Below the pieces are notes generated by a model, which worked only from the letters and a program-made list of their open reading frames with translations, did no database searches and was not told the origin of the DNA. Made by a program: the position numbers and the translations under genes. From the IMG/VR virus record IMGVR_UViG_3300037047_000329, positions 1 to 41,862 of that record: DNA of 41,862 nucleotides. The stretch is one strand, 5' to 3'. Below are positions 19,432 to 28,463 of this stretch, piece after piece (within the stretch, counting starts at the first letter, position 1; each line of letters begins with the position of its first letter). Source of the stretch: a virus. Its lineage: Duplodnaviria; Caudoviricetes.

Positions 19432-19460
19432 ATTGTTTTTTTATAATATGTTGCCTTTAA

Positions 19461-19874
19461 CTATGCGAAGGAAACATCCCTAATTTTGTTTGTGTTTAAT
19501 CTTTTAGCGTTATCAATTAGAGAAAGTAAATCGTTTCTGCCGGGGTCGATAAAACTGTAAATTAAGGATTGCGAAATAGCTTCATTAAGTAAGGTTTGCC
19601 TTGTATTTGTTATTTGATTTAGAAACAAGTCATTCTTTTGCATCAAATTAATACCAGGCGGATTCACCATAAAAGATTGATTGTAATTCTGAAAGATCAT
19701 TTCAGCTTCAATACTTTCAAATGAATTTACTGTAAGCACATCAAAAGTTAAACAATCGTGTGTTTGCAATACTTCGGAATTGATTTTTCCTTCGTGGGAT
19801 GTTCCGGTGGCACCCACGGCATTAATGCTTACCATAAGCATCAAACTAAAAAGGATAAAACATAAGTTTTTCAT
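19461..19874 (-). CDS. Secreted/periplasmic protein in its own late transcription unit
   Basis: Likely start MKNLCFILFSLMLMVSINA (signal peptide) at 19874, bounded by promoter motif and terminators. Confidence 0.55.
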   Translation of the reverse strand: MKNLCFILFSLMLMVSINAVGATGTSHEGKINSEVLQTHDCLTFDVLTVNSFESIEAEMIFQNYNQSFMVNPPGINLMQKNDLFLNQITNTRQTLLNEAISQSLIYSFIDPGRNDLLSLIDNAKRLNTNKIRDVSFA

Positions 19875-19878
19875 AAGA

Positions 19879-19913
19879 CTAAAGTAGCCAGTAATAAAAA
19901 GTTTAAAAAGGAC
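19879..19913 (-). promoter_or_regulatory. Late promoter motif copy 4
   Basis: GTCCTTTTTAAACTTTTTATTACTGGCTACTTTAG; ATG at position 40. Confidence 0.65.
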
Positions 19914-19948
19914 AGGCAATTTCATTTTTAATTGGCAGATTCTGAAAT

Positions 19949-19977
19949 AAAAAAAACCACTCAATTAGTTTGAGTGG
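19949..19977 (-). terminator. Intrinsic terminator
   Basis: CCACTCAA stem with T8 tract on minus strand. Confidence 0.75.
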
Positions 19978-20016
19978 GAAAACAAATGAAATACAGGCTT
20001 ACGGGCTATGATTGTT

Positions 20017-20526
20017 TTATTCGCAGATTACGGGGGAATCTTCCCAATCGGCTGGGTTTACTATCAATGGCTCTGGCGCTGTAATGGAACCCACAAACCG
20101 ATAACCGTATAGTTTTTCGTTAAATATTGGTCCTACTTTGGAATATGAAACATCCTTGGTTTTAAAATGGTTGTGTAAAAAATGCGAAGACAAGGTGGCA
20201 TCGTGTTTCATACGTGCCAGTATTTTTTTACCCAATATTTCTGAAAGCGTTAACTGGGTATCCTGGTCATCAAAATCATCTTTTTTAGGTTTGGCGTACA
20301 CCGTAAATGCAAACGTGCGGTCGTTTACCGATTGCATTACGTTGCTGCCGGAATAATCGCCATCGTGGGCTTCAATAACCAAACAAGGAAATTTTGCGGT
20401 TGAACGGAAAGCGCCTTGTATTTCCATTAGGTTCATTCTAAAAAAATCGTTTACGCCAATAAGGTTATCGGCTAAATATTTAAAATATGCTACTAAAACA
20501 CTGTGGTTTATTGTTGGTGCGGCCAT
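20017..20526 (-). CDS. Putative tail terminator protein
   Basis: 169 aa with FPCLVIE motif and GYRF C-terminal strand, the lambda gpU-like pattern. Confidence 0.5.
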   Translation of the reverse strand: MAAPTINHSVLVAYFKYLADNLIGVNDFFRMNLMEIQGAFRSTAKFPCLVIEAHDGDYSGSNVMQSVNDRTFAFTVYAKPKKDDFDDQDTQLTLSEILGKKILARMKHDATLSSHFLHNHFKTKDVSYSKVGPIFNEKLYGYRFVGSITAPEPLIVNPADWEDSPVICE

Positions 20527-21323
20527 TATTTTTTCTTTTTTCGTTGGTCTTTGATGTCTTTATTGTAAATAGAAAAGAAATCGGTTGTTAACATTTCGTT
20601 GGTTAGGGCAAACTTTGAGGGATCACCTTCAATTTTATCGAGAATAATTTCACCAAATGAAACATAATTTTGTTTTTGTGGTGTTTTTATTTCGGGATCT
20701 ACTATTGGTTTGGGAAATATAAGCGGATAATTTTCGGCAATAGCATTGCGGCAGCCTTCATACGTATAGGCAATGGCAAGTTTTGTTTTATAATTTAAGG
20801 TTGAAAGTGCATCGGCACGTGCATCGACCGCTAATTTTAAAAACGGACGGCGGATGTCGTACTCTAACGGATTACTGGCTTTTTCGCGGTATAAGCACGC
20901 CACCAAAACATTTAACCAAATAATTTCATTTGTTTGGCGCCATTTATAGAAAGCGGAGTCGGCAAAGGAAAACTCGCCAATGGTTGTGTTTCTTAATCTA
21001 ATTGCCGGCGCATAGTATTTTATGCCGTTTAAAGTGAAGGTTTCTATAAATTTTGTGCGTTCAATTTTTTGATAGATGAATTGAGAAACTTTTTGGTAGG
21101 CGCTGGGCAGTATTTCTTGAAGTGCAATTTTAATATGTGCCTTTTCGTTTTCGCGCAAAAGTTCTTTTACTACTTGTGCATATAGTTTTTCCGAACTTTT
21201 TACAACGGCCAAGGCGTTATCTTTTACAAGATTGTGGTAACTCTCCATTTGAAACACAATGTTTTTTAGTTGTGTTGCGGAGAGCTGGTTCCAAGTTGTT
21301 GGTATGGTAATATTTATTTCCAA
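20526..21323 (-). CDS. Putative tail assembly chaperone
   Basis: TTG start; IPTTWNQLS..Q and TIGEF..AD motifs; functional call is inference. Confidence 0.4.
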   Translation of the reverse strand: MEINITIPTTWNQLSATQLKNIVFQMESYHNLVKDNALAVVKSSEKLYAQVVKELLRENEKAHIKIALQEILPSAYQKVSQFIYQKIERTKFIETFTLNGIKYYAPAIRLRNTTIGEFSFADSAFYKWRQTNEIIWLNVLVACLYREKASNPLEYDIRRPFLKLAVDARADALSTLNYKTKLAIAYTYEGCRNAIAENYPLIFPKPIVDPEIKTPQKQNYVSFGEIILDKIEGDPSKFALTNEMLTTDFFSIYNKDIKDQRKKKK

Positions 21324-21338
21324 TTCTTAATTTTTACA

Positions 21339-21373
21339 GCAAGTTGTAGAAATTAAGACGGGTAAAAAAGGAC
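21339..21373 (-). promoter_or_regulatory. Late promoter motif copy 5
   Basis: GTCCTTTTTTACCCGTCTTAATTTCTACAACTTGC. Confidence 0.7.
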
Positions 21374-21385
21374 AAAGATTTATAT

Positions 21386-22006
21386 TTATAAATAAGTAAA
21401 TTTTCCTAATGATGCAGAAACAATATTTTCTTCAAATTTAAAATCAGGTGAATAATCTATTTTTAAAAAAGGAATATCATCAACTAAAAAAATATGTTCC
21501 TTACTTTCTGAATATTCTATTTTTTTACATCTGGCTTTAATAAACTCCTCAGTAGCTTTACGGTTGTTAAAAGTGAAACCTTTTAATTTTAACCCTTCAA
21601 GAATTGTTTTATCAAAATTAGCGTTTAAGCCATCTAATATTTGTTGAGTATAATCAAAATTGAAATTAGGAATGGGAGAAAGACCTATAATTGATTTGTC
21701 GATTAATTCAGGGAAACAAATTTCAGAATGATTTTTAAATGTTATTTTTTTGCTATCAACAGTTCTTTTAAGGCTTTCTAAAATTTCATAAGCATCATCA
21801 AAAACGCTAAAAAAGAAACTAAGAAGCGTGATTTTTTCCCTTTTTTCTGGAAGATAAATAAAAATAGATACCCTAAAATCATATAAAGAATAAGTGTCCC
21901 TCTCTATTTCTAAAGATAAAGTATCATTTGATGTTTTATCTTGTAATTCTTTAAAATATTTTTGGATGCCTTCAAATATTGCCTCTTGATTTTCTTTAAG
22001 ATTCAT
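21386..22006 (-). CDS. Accessory (moron) hypothetical protein
   Basis: 206 aa, visibly more AT-rich than flanking structural genes. Confidence 0.65.
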   Translation of the reverse strand: MNLKENQEAIFEGIQKYFKELQDKTSNDTLSLEIERDTYSLYDFRVSIFIYLPEKREKITLLSFFFSVFDDAYEILESLKRTVDSKKITFKNHSEICFPELIDKSIIGLSPIPNFNFDYTQQILDGLNANFDKTILEGLKLKGFTFNNRKATEEFIKARCKKIEYSESKEHIFLVDDIPFLKIDYSPDFKFEENIVSASLGKFTYL

Positions 22007-22012
22007 AACAAA

Positions 22013-22264
22013 CTAATTTATAGGTGTAAGATAATAAAAAAAAGTGGTTTTACTTTCTTCGGTAAAAGGAAACGGACGGTAATTAAGTTGCTGAAGCACA
22101 TTGTACACATCTTCTTCGTAAATCCATTTGGAAGGTAAAACGCCAATAACTGATTCGTGAATTTCGTTTAAGGTTTTTTTTGAAGCCGAAGCATCACTTG
22201 GTGTTGATGGGGCAAAAGAGGATTCAATTAGATCTTTAATTTCTTGTGAGTATTCTGTTTTCAT
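22013..22264 (-). CDS. Small hypothetical protein, possibly winged-helix
   Basis: 83 aa; KTLNEIHE...EEDVYNVLQQLNY helix pattern; preceded by structured leader. Confidence 0.6.
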   Translation of the reverse strand: MKTEYSQEIKDLIESSFAPSTPSDASASKKTLNEIHESVIGVLPSKWIYEEDVYNVLQQLNYRPFPFTEESKTTFFYYLTPIN

Positions 22265-22277
22265 AATTGGAAAAATA

Positions 22278-22352
22278 AGCAGGTGTTGTCCGGTTCACTA
22301 TCGCCACTAAGCAGGTTTAACCGTCGGCCCTTACGAGTACCGAACACCTGCT
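22278..22352 (-). ncRNA. Putative structured leader / C4-like regulatory RNA
   Basis: 10-bp closing stem AGCAGGTGTT/AACACCTGCT, internal GTAA tetraloop hairpin, downstream T tract; GC-rich island. Confidence 0.5.
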
Positions 22353-22447
22353 CTATAATATGAAATAGATTATTCAAAATTAAATATGGCATATTAGTGA
22401 TTTGACAATGTAAATATAATTGAAAGTTTTTAAAAATTCAATTTCTT

Positions 22448-22816
22448 TTAATTTAATATTTCGTCTAAGTAATAGACTAATAAGTTACTGGTTGGGTTTA
22501 ATCCGAATGTAAAGTATAATTCGTGGGTTACCGGCTGGCCTTTTCTTTTTTGTTTTTTTGGAATGATAGAGCAAGTGTGTGTTTGAACTCCATCGGTTAC
22601 ATAGATTAAATTATTGCGTTTGTTAATAATATCATAGGTAATAATATTTTCTTTTCCATCGGTTACATTTTTTATCGTAAGCAAAGTGTCATTCATTATT
22701 AGATCACCAGGATAACTCACTGTCATACCCATAGACATAACGGCTCTAATTTTATAATGCTGCGAATAAGCACTAATTGATAATAAAAGAATTGAGGCAA
22801 AGAGAAGTTTTTTCAT
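22448..22816 (-). CDS. Secreted accessory protein (moron)
   Basis: Signal peptide MKKLLFASILLLSISAYS; beta-rich; host-type TACATTTA box upstream. Confidence 0.7.
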   Translation of the reverse strand: MKKLLFASILLLSISAYSQHYKIRAVMSMGMTVSYPGDLIMNDTLLTIKNVTDGKENIITYDIINKRNNLIYVTDGVQTHTCSIIPKKQKRKGQPVTHELYFTFGLNPTSNLLVYYLDEILN

Positions 22817-23025
22817 GACAATTTATTTTATCGGTTTATAAGTGATAAATGTACAAAATTTTCATTATCATATTTTTTAAGCTAATGTTATAGCGCTCAA
22901 ATATTTAGTATAAAACTTTCAAATGTTAAATATCATTTTGTCACTAAGTCCAGCGCCTTGGCCTATGAGGGTTTGACTTTTGCTTTTATGAAAATGCAAG
23001 GTAATATGAAAGGGCATTGGTGGTT

Positions 23026-24531
23026 TTAAAGGTTTGAGTTGGGCAGGTCTTCAGGTGATCTAAGGTTGTTTTTAAACTGTTCATTGAACATAGCAAACAA
23101 AGGATAGTCGAACGTGTCAGAGAAGTGGGTGGCGTGTTGCTGTTCTACGCTCTTGCGTTGTTCAGGGCGCTTATCTTTCTGTAGTCCAGAAGATGTATCT
23201 ATAATTTCGGCACGCTCTAATGAGATGATAAGGTTAGGGCAGTTGGCGGAGTTGATTCTAATCTTAGGCAATCGCTTGCGCCCGTCTTCGCGAAGCATCA
23301 CGTTTATTAACCTAAACTTGTCCATATAGTTTGGGTTGTTACCTACAGTCATCTCGTGCACATTCCAACCGGCATTGCGAAGTAATTGTGAAGCCTGTTG
23401 CGTAAAGGTATATTTGCTATTGGCAACACGCGAGTTCCCGGCGCGGTCACCATAAAATTTTATTACTTTAGTTGGGAAGGCATCATAATAAGGAATGAAT
23501 TCTTCTAAGAATAAATGGTCCAATATCTTAGGGCTCTTCACATAAAACTCTTTGAGCACCTTGTAAGTATTGTCCTGCAATTGTGAGACTGTGAGCGTGT
23601 TTATGTTAGCGCCCCAATCGACACTGATTGTTAATGGCATCGATGGGTTAACATCACGATCTTGTTTACAATTGAAACTCTTACCGTTTAAATCCTTTAG
23701 GTCTAAGCTTTCAAGATAAGCGTTATCATAGTCGGTATAATAGTGAATGTCAGGGTTTAACTGCGGATAATAACCATCTGTGATTTCTTTGGGCCTAATG
23801 TTTAGCATCTCGGCGTTGTACATCACATCATCTGTATAGGCTTGGCGCATATAAGCAAAGTAATCGCTTCTAAGGTTGTGAATGTTGCAATGGGCTGTGG
23901 CCTTAATAAACGCAATCTTTAACGGATCCTTACGTGCGGCTTCTTCCATATCTGTAAACCATTTACCCTTTTTTGTTAGCGGTGTTGAAGAAGTGAACAC
24001 CTCACTGTGCAATAGTGATGCATTTTTAAATATCGCTTTTTTTGCCCTATTCGTGTTTTTTACGTTAATAGCCAACTTTTCATCATCAAATAAAGCGGCT
24101 TCATCACCGCGAATAGCGTAAGAGTTTAAACCACGGCCACTATCCTTATGATCCAAAGAAACAAATTGATAAATGCAGCCGTTAGAAAAATGCATAATGT
24201 TGTTAAAAGCATCGGGTGTTTGAAAAGGCAATTTAAATCCGGCTTTCTTTCCGGCCATAGTTCCAACCACATAATCAATATTTTCATAAATACCGAAGAG
24301 TTCCAACCCTTCTTTTATGGATGGCAAAAAACGGCTTAATATTTGGCTATAGGTTGAGCCCACAAGCGCAAATGATGCTCTTGGCATCTGTTTTACCAAT
24401 TGTGAAGAATCATAGCCTAAATACGTTGTTTTACCTGCACCACGTCCCCATTCTAAATACTTTTGCTGTTGCGGAGCAAGCGCCGCCGCAATTTGAGCAG
24501 GGTTTAGTTCAACTAAGGTATTATTCGCCAT
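23026..24531 (-). CDS. terL: Terminase large subunit
   Basis: Walker A GRGAGKTT, Walker B IRGDEAA, nuclease acidic motifs SVDWG, GDRAG, HFSDTFDY. Confidence 0.92.
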   Translation of the reverse strand: MANNTLVELNPAQIAAALAPQQQKYLEWGRGAGKTTYLGYDSSQLVKQMPRASFALVGSTYSQILSRFLPSIKEGLELFGIYENIDYVVGTMAGKKAGFKLPFQTPDAFNNIMHFSNGCIYQFVSLDHKDSGRGLNSYAIRGDEAALFDDEKLAINVKNTNRAKKAIFKNASLLHSEVFTSSTPLTKKGKWFTDMEEAARKDPLKIAFIKATAHCNIHNLRSDYFAYMRQAYTDDVMYNAEMLNIRPKEITDGYYPQLNPDIHYYTDYDNAYLESLDLKDLNGKSFNCKQDRDVNPSMPLTISVDWGANINTLTVSQLQDNTYKVLKEFYVKSPKILDHLFLEEFIPYYDAFPTKVIKFYGDRAGNSRVANSKYTFTQQASQLLRNAGWNVHEMTVGNNPNYMDKFRLINVMLREDGRKRLPKIRINSANCPNLIISLERAEIIDTSSGLQKDKRPEQRKSVEQQHATHFSDTFDYPLFAMFNEQFKNNLRSPEDLPNSNL

Positions 24532-25081
24532 TTTTCACTTCTTCAAAAGGCACATCTTGCGCCTGGTAGTTATTAAAATCCATTACGCCTTTTTTGGCCA
24601 TTGCCATAAATACAGTTTCTAATGCTTTTGGCAATTGGATGGTGTAGTTTTGCGCCTGTAGTTTTTCTAAGTTAAAAGGCGATTCTTCTTTATCCAAATC
24701 GGCTAATTTTATCATGCGGTCCAAACATTTACCCATTGTCTCCAAATTTTTGTCTCTGGTGGCCATTTGAAACAATTTTTGGTTGTATTCAAAAATAACA
24801 TAGCGCCAACCTTCTTTGCGGCTTTTGGTAATATCGCCAAACAATGACAAAGCCCTGTTTACATCGCGGTAAGCTGTAGCAATTGAAATACCGCCAAACT
24901 GACTCATTAAAACCTTAACCGTTTGCTCGCGTGAGTGAAAATTCAACAAACAAGAAAATGCCGCTTCCCAGCGCTTTTTCATTTCTTCCTCTAAAACTGA
25001 AAGTTTTATTTTATCTTCTTCTAAGTAGGAAGCGAGGATATTTTCAAAATGAGTGTCGATGGTATTTACAGGCAAACTCAT
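24521..25081 (-). CDS. terS: Terminase small subunit (putative)
   Basis: HTH ISIATAYRD followed by helical region; overlaps terL start. Confidence 0.7.
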   Translation of the reverse strand: MSLPVNTIDTHFENILASYLEEDKIKLSVLEEEMKKRWEAAFSCLLNFHSREQTVKVLMSQFGGISIATAYRDVNRALSLFGDITKSRKEGWRYVIFEYNQKLFQMATRDKNLETMGKCLDRMIKLADLDKEESPFNLEKLQAQNYTIQLPKALETVFMAMAKKGVMDFNNYQAQDVPFEEVKNGE

Positions 25082-25836
25082 AATAAAGATTCTATTTGTT
25101 GGATGTTAATTTTATGTTGATGCAGTAATTTTTCTGATCGGTTTATTTTTGATTCAATAAGGTGTTGCTGATGTTTATCAGTTTCAATATCGAGTTGTTG
25201 GTACAATAAATCAACCCGTGAGTTGATTTTTGAAATACTGCTTTTGGTATTGGCGTGTTTTTTAAAACGTTGAATTGGCGATAAAACGGAAAAGTCATCG
25301 GTTTTACTTGGAAGCAATGTTTTGTGAATTTTCCAATGATTTAACTCTTCCCAAATTAAATCGCGCTCTTCATCATACTTTTCAATTTGTTGCATTATTT
25401 TTAAAGCGCTTTCTTCGGCTTTTGCAGGCAAATCATTTAATGCAAATTTTAATTCAATCATTTCAACAAAAATATTCCTGGCTTTTGAATAGCGCACCCG
25501 CAACTCTGCAGGAAGATCACCAAGCATAATTCCTTTATATTCCAAATCGGCACTTTCATTGGATTGCTGGCGCCGGGCAACTTCAATATTTATGGTTTCT
25601 TGCGTTGGCGGTTTTGGCTTTATTTCAATCACCGCTTTTTTTATGGTAATTGTTGGCGGTGGCGCAGTATTTTTAAGTTTGCGAAGTTCATATACCAACG
25701 TGGCCATATTTCCGCTGTTTTTGCCACGGTTCAATTGCTGGAGGATCCTAATGTTTTTAACCGGCAAAGATGCATATACAGCTACGCCTTCATCATAATC
25801 TAAGGAATTTTTAAACCAGTTTTCAATTGCATTCAT
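25078..25836 (-). CDS. Hypothetical coiled-coil phage protein
   Basis: Likely start MNAIENWF at 25836; DYDEGV motif; ATGA-type overlap region with terS. Confidence 0.65.
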   Translation of the reverse strand: MNAIENWFKNSLDYDEGVAVYASLPVKNIRILQQLNRGKNSGNMATLVYELRKLKNTAPPPTITIKKAVIEIKPKPPTQETINIEVARRQQSNESADLEYKGIMLGDLPAELRVRYSKARNIFVEMIELKFALNDLPAKAEESALKIMQQIEKYDEERDLIWEELNHWKIHKTLLPSKTDDFSVLSPIQRFKKHANTKSSISKINSRVDLLYQQLDIETDKHQQHLIESKINRSEKLLHQHKINIQQIESLL

Positions 25837-25839
25837 ACT

Positions 25840-25874
25840 CAAAGGTGAAAGAATGGCAACTGTCAAAAAAGGAC
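25840..25874 (-). promoter_or_regulatory. Late promoter motif copy 6 (packaging operon)
   Basis: GTCCTTTTTTGACAGTTGCCATTCTTTCACCTTTG; ATG at position 39. Confidence 0.7.
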
Positions 25875-25878
25875 ACAT

Positions 25879-25907
25879 AAAAAAACCCTCATTTTACTGA
25901 GGGTTTT
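25879..25907 (-). terminator. Intrinsic terminator of head/tube operon
   Basis: aaaaccctca-tttac-tgagggtttt type stem with T7 tract on minus strand. Confidence 0.8.
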
Positions 25908-25945
25908 CCTAATTAACTTAAAACAAATAAAAATGAAAAAATCAA

Positions 25946-26242
25946 CTAAATCTCCAGGGCAGAGTTTTTGGTTGCGGCTAAAGCAGGTAAGGGCTTTTTA
26001 TTGTTCACTTGTAAAAGCAAATTTACTTCTTCAATAGTTTTTGCTCGAAGAATTAAAGATGCCACACGTTTTACATCTAATTTTTGTTTCTTTAAAAACG
26101 GAACGCACTTGGCGGTAATGGTTATAAAAGGAAAATCGCGGTTTTCATATAAAGCCAATAGCTGTTCGTTGCTTAACCCTTTCCGGGTATCAACTCTGCC
26201 AAAATTTGGCACCACGTATATTCCTTCTCTAACTTTAAACAT
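25946..26242 (-). CDS. Hypothetical virion-associated protein
   Basis: 98 aa, TAATG-coupled to tube gene. Confidence 0.6.
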   Translation of the reverse strand: MFKVREGIYVVPNFGRVDTRKGLSNEQLLALYENRDFPFITITAKCVPFLKKQKLDVKRVASLILRAKTIEEVNLLLQVNNKKPLPALAATKNSALEI

Positions 26243-26811
26243 TATACAGGCGGTGTGAATTCAGTAATTGTGCTGGCGTAAACTGGTGCAGGATATGCCT
26301 GAACATCTGTAAACTTAACAGGAATTCCATTAATGTCTCCAGCTTTCATTCCGGTGGTTCCCGGTGCTTCTGTTAAATAAGCAGGTGAATTTTTTGAACC
26401 AATTTGGCGTTTGTCACCATTAATTTGGGTTACAATAAAGATCATACCAACGTTTTGGTATTTTCTTATAAAACCAAGGTTACGTGCATTAACGCCCGGC
26501 AATGTACCACCAAAGGTATTGCTGTTTGTTTTTGCGCCTTTTTCGCCTTCATTGGTAGTTTCAACAACACCGGTATCAGGCAAAATACTCATTTTAAAGA
26601 ATCCTTTACCAGCGGCAAAAGTATGTGCGGTTGCAATGGTTGCAGCTTCAGCAAGAGAAGTTGCAGTGCCTAACGCTGGTGGTTCGGCAATGGTTAAAAA
26701 ATCACTTACGCGGGCGGCGTAAATTTCAACAGGAGAAACACCGGCTGCGTTTTCTTGATCGGCGCAAAAATCGATGTTTTCCGTTACTATGGTATCTGAA
26801 CAGGTTGGCAT
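26242..26811 (-). CDS. Major tail tube protein (putative)
   Basis: 189 aa Ala/Gly/Thr-rich, beta-strand pattern, N-terminal C...C..N.AG and IGS..SPA motifs. Confidence 0.6.
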   Translation of the reverse strand: MPTCSDTIVTENIDFCADQENAAGVSPVEIYAARVSDFLTIAEPPALGTATSLAEAATIATAHTFAAGKGFFKMSILPDTGVVETTNEGEKGAKTNSNTFGGTLPGVNARNLGFIRKYQNVGMIFIVTQINGDKRQIGSKNSPAYLTEAPGTTGMKAGDINGIPVKFTDVQAYPAPVYASTITEFTPPV

Positions 26812-26813
26812 AA

Positions 26814-27419
26814 TTAAATTTGTTCTATTAGGTTATTGTTTCCGTTTATCAATTCCAACATCACATCAGCTTCTTCAATAAGTTCACTTATCAATCGACT
26901 GTTACCGTCAACGTTTAAGCTTTTTGGTGCGTTGGTTTTAAACCTGAATTTCAACCCTTTTTCATCTGTGTAAAAAGGTCTTTCTTCTTTGGCTTCTGTC
27001 TCTGAATCATCTGCTTTTACGTTGGCTTCTTTGGCTTCAATCACTTTGTTTTTAGCGGCTTTTTTAATGGCTGCCAATCGTATTTTTTTAGCTTCAAGCT
27101 GGCGTAATTGCGTTGGATTTAGTATTGTTTCTTCAACAGTTTCTTCTTCCGATTCTTCTTCAGATTCTTCTTCAGATTCTTCTTCGGTAGTTTCTTCCTC
27201 AGTTTCTTCCTCAGATTCTTCTTCCGATTCTTCTTCGGTAGTTTCTTCAACAGTTTCTTCAACAGTTTCTTCAACCACTTCTTCAATAATTTCTTCAACC
27301 ACTTCTTCAATAGGTTGTTCAACAATTGCCTCTGCAGTTTCTTCAACTATTTTTTCAATAGCTTTAGCAGCTCCTTTTACAGGAGCCGCTTTTGCTTTTT
27401 TATTTATGTTTTTAGTCAT
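26814..27419 (-). CDS. Highly acidic low-complexity protein after capsid gene
   Basis: Central EEx repeats between basic N-terminus and folded C-terminal domain. Confidence 0.7.
   Translation of the reverse strand: MTKNINKKAKAAPVKGAAKAIEKIVEETAEAIVEQPIEEVVEEIIEEVVEETVEETVEETTEEESEEESEEETEEETTEEESEEESEEESEEETVEETILNPTQLRQLEAKKIRLAAIKKAAKNKVIEAKEANVKADDSETEAKEERPFYTDEKGLKFRFKTNAPKSLNVDGNSRLISELIEEADVMLELINGNNNLIEQI
27125..27311. repeat. Degenerate 12-bp coding tandem repeat
   Basis: ttcttcaacagt / ttcttcagattc / ttcttcaaccac units encoding TVEE, ESEE, VVEE. Confidence 0.8.
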
Positions 27420-27434
27420 AATTTTAAATTAAAA

Positions 27435-28445
27435 TTAAGCGACCACTACGCCATCAATACCGTAGTATTTTTGGTTTAACACTGTTGATCCTAAACCATA
27501 TTCAGCATCTGTGTAATTGGCAACATATACCATCTCGTTAATCAAAAAATCATAACCTTTCCAAAATTCCATAAAGAATTTAATTTTGTAATCGGCTTTT
27601 TGAATGTCAGTAATTGCTGGTTTACCATCAAAAACATCAATCAATCTTTTGAAATTTTCTTCAGGTGTTGCGAAAATATCATCGGTATCCATTCCTGGCA
27701 ATGCTATGATCTCACGTTTTCCTAAACGTGTTTTCATTGTATCATTTTGGAATTTATTTTGTCCAAACTGAGTTTCGTATTGTAGAGAATAACGCTCGGC
27801 GTTATTTTCAGACATAAAAATCTTTTTGATCTTAGATTTTGCTTTTGAAGGCAATTTTCTTTCCCAAGCGGTAATTTGGTCCACAATGTTTGCATCAGTT
27901 AATGCAGAAATTGGAATTTGAAAAGGCGTGTGGCCAGTTCCCGGCACTTCAGCCATTAAATCCAAAAGAATTTTTTCAATACCGTTCATTGAATTTCCAA
28001 ATACGCCCAAAGCGGCGGCGTTGTAAACACCTTTAATTTCTAAAAAAGCACAGTCATCAATTACTTTTGGAAGTAATTCTTTTTCAACAATGTATTTAGA
28101 AATTGGCATATCTTCTTTTGAAATTCCCTCAGCATATAAATGCGCCCAATACGAAGAAAGTATATCGGAAGGTGTGATTGAAAAATTCACTTTTTGGTGA
28201 TAGTTTTTCAAAATTTTGTGTTCAATTTGAAGAGTTCCTAAGTCGTTCCAAACGTCTCCAAATCCTTGTACCACATTCGTTAACAAAGTGGAGCCTTGTG
28301 GGAACTGCCCTTTTATTTTTGTTAGTGGTTTAGTGTGTTTGTCCAACACGCTTTCTGCTCGGTTTAAGGAAGCAGAAATTAATTCAGGGTTCGCTGCCAA
28401 GTAGGAATTTACCTCTTTTACAACGTCGTCAATTGTCATTGCCAT
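27435..28445 (-). CDS. Major capsid protein
   Basis: 336 aa directly after protease/scaffold; MNGIEK motif; size and position fit HK97 fold. Confidence 0.75.
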   Translation of the reverse strand: MAMTIDDVVKEVNSYLAANPELISASLNRAESVLDKHTKPLTKIKGQFPQGSTLLTNVVQGFGDVWNDLGTLQIEHKILKNYHQKVNFSITPSDILSSYWAHLYAEGISKEDMPISKYIVEKELLPKVIDDCAFLEIKGVYNAAALGVFGNSMNGIEKILLDLMAEVPGTGHTPFQIPISALTDANIVDQITAWERKLPSKAKSKIKKIFMSENNAERYSLQYETQFGQNKFQNDTMKTRLGKREIIALPGMDTDDIFATPEENFKRLIDVFDGKPAITDIQKADYKIKFFMEFWKGYDFLINEMVYVANYTDAEYGLGSTVLNQKYYGIDGVVVA

Positions 28446-28463
28446 AATTTCTTAATTAAAAAG

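Noticed and set aside
19875-19964. N-terminal extensions of ORFs starting at 19964, 25878 and 12911
   Set aside because: They run through terminator/promoter motifs or the upstream gene; downstream ATGs fit better
27119-27346. Lys/Leu-rich 75-aa ORF and antisense Ser-rich ORF 26989-27432
   Set aside because: Alternative-frame shadows of the Glu-rich repeat
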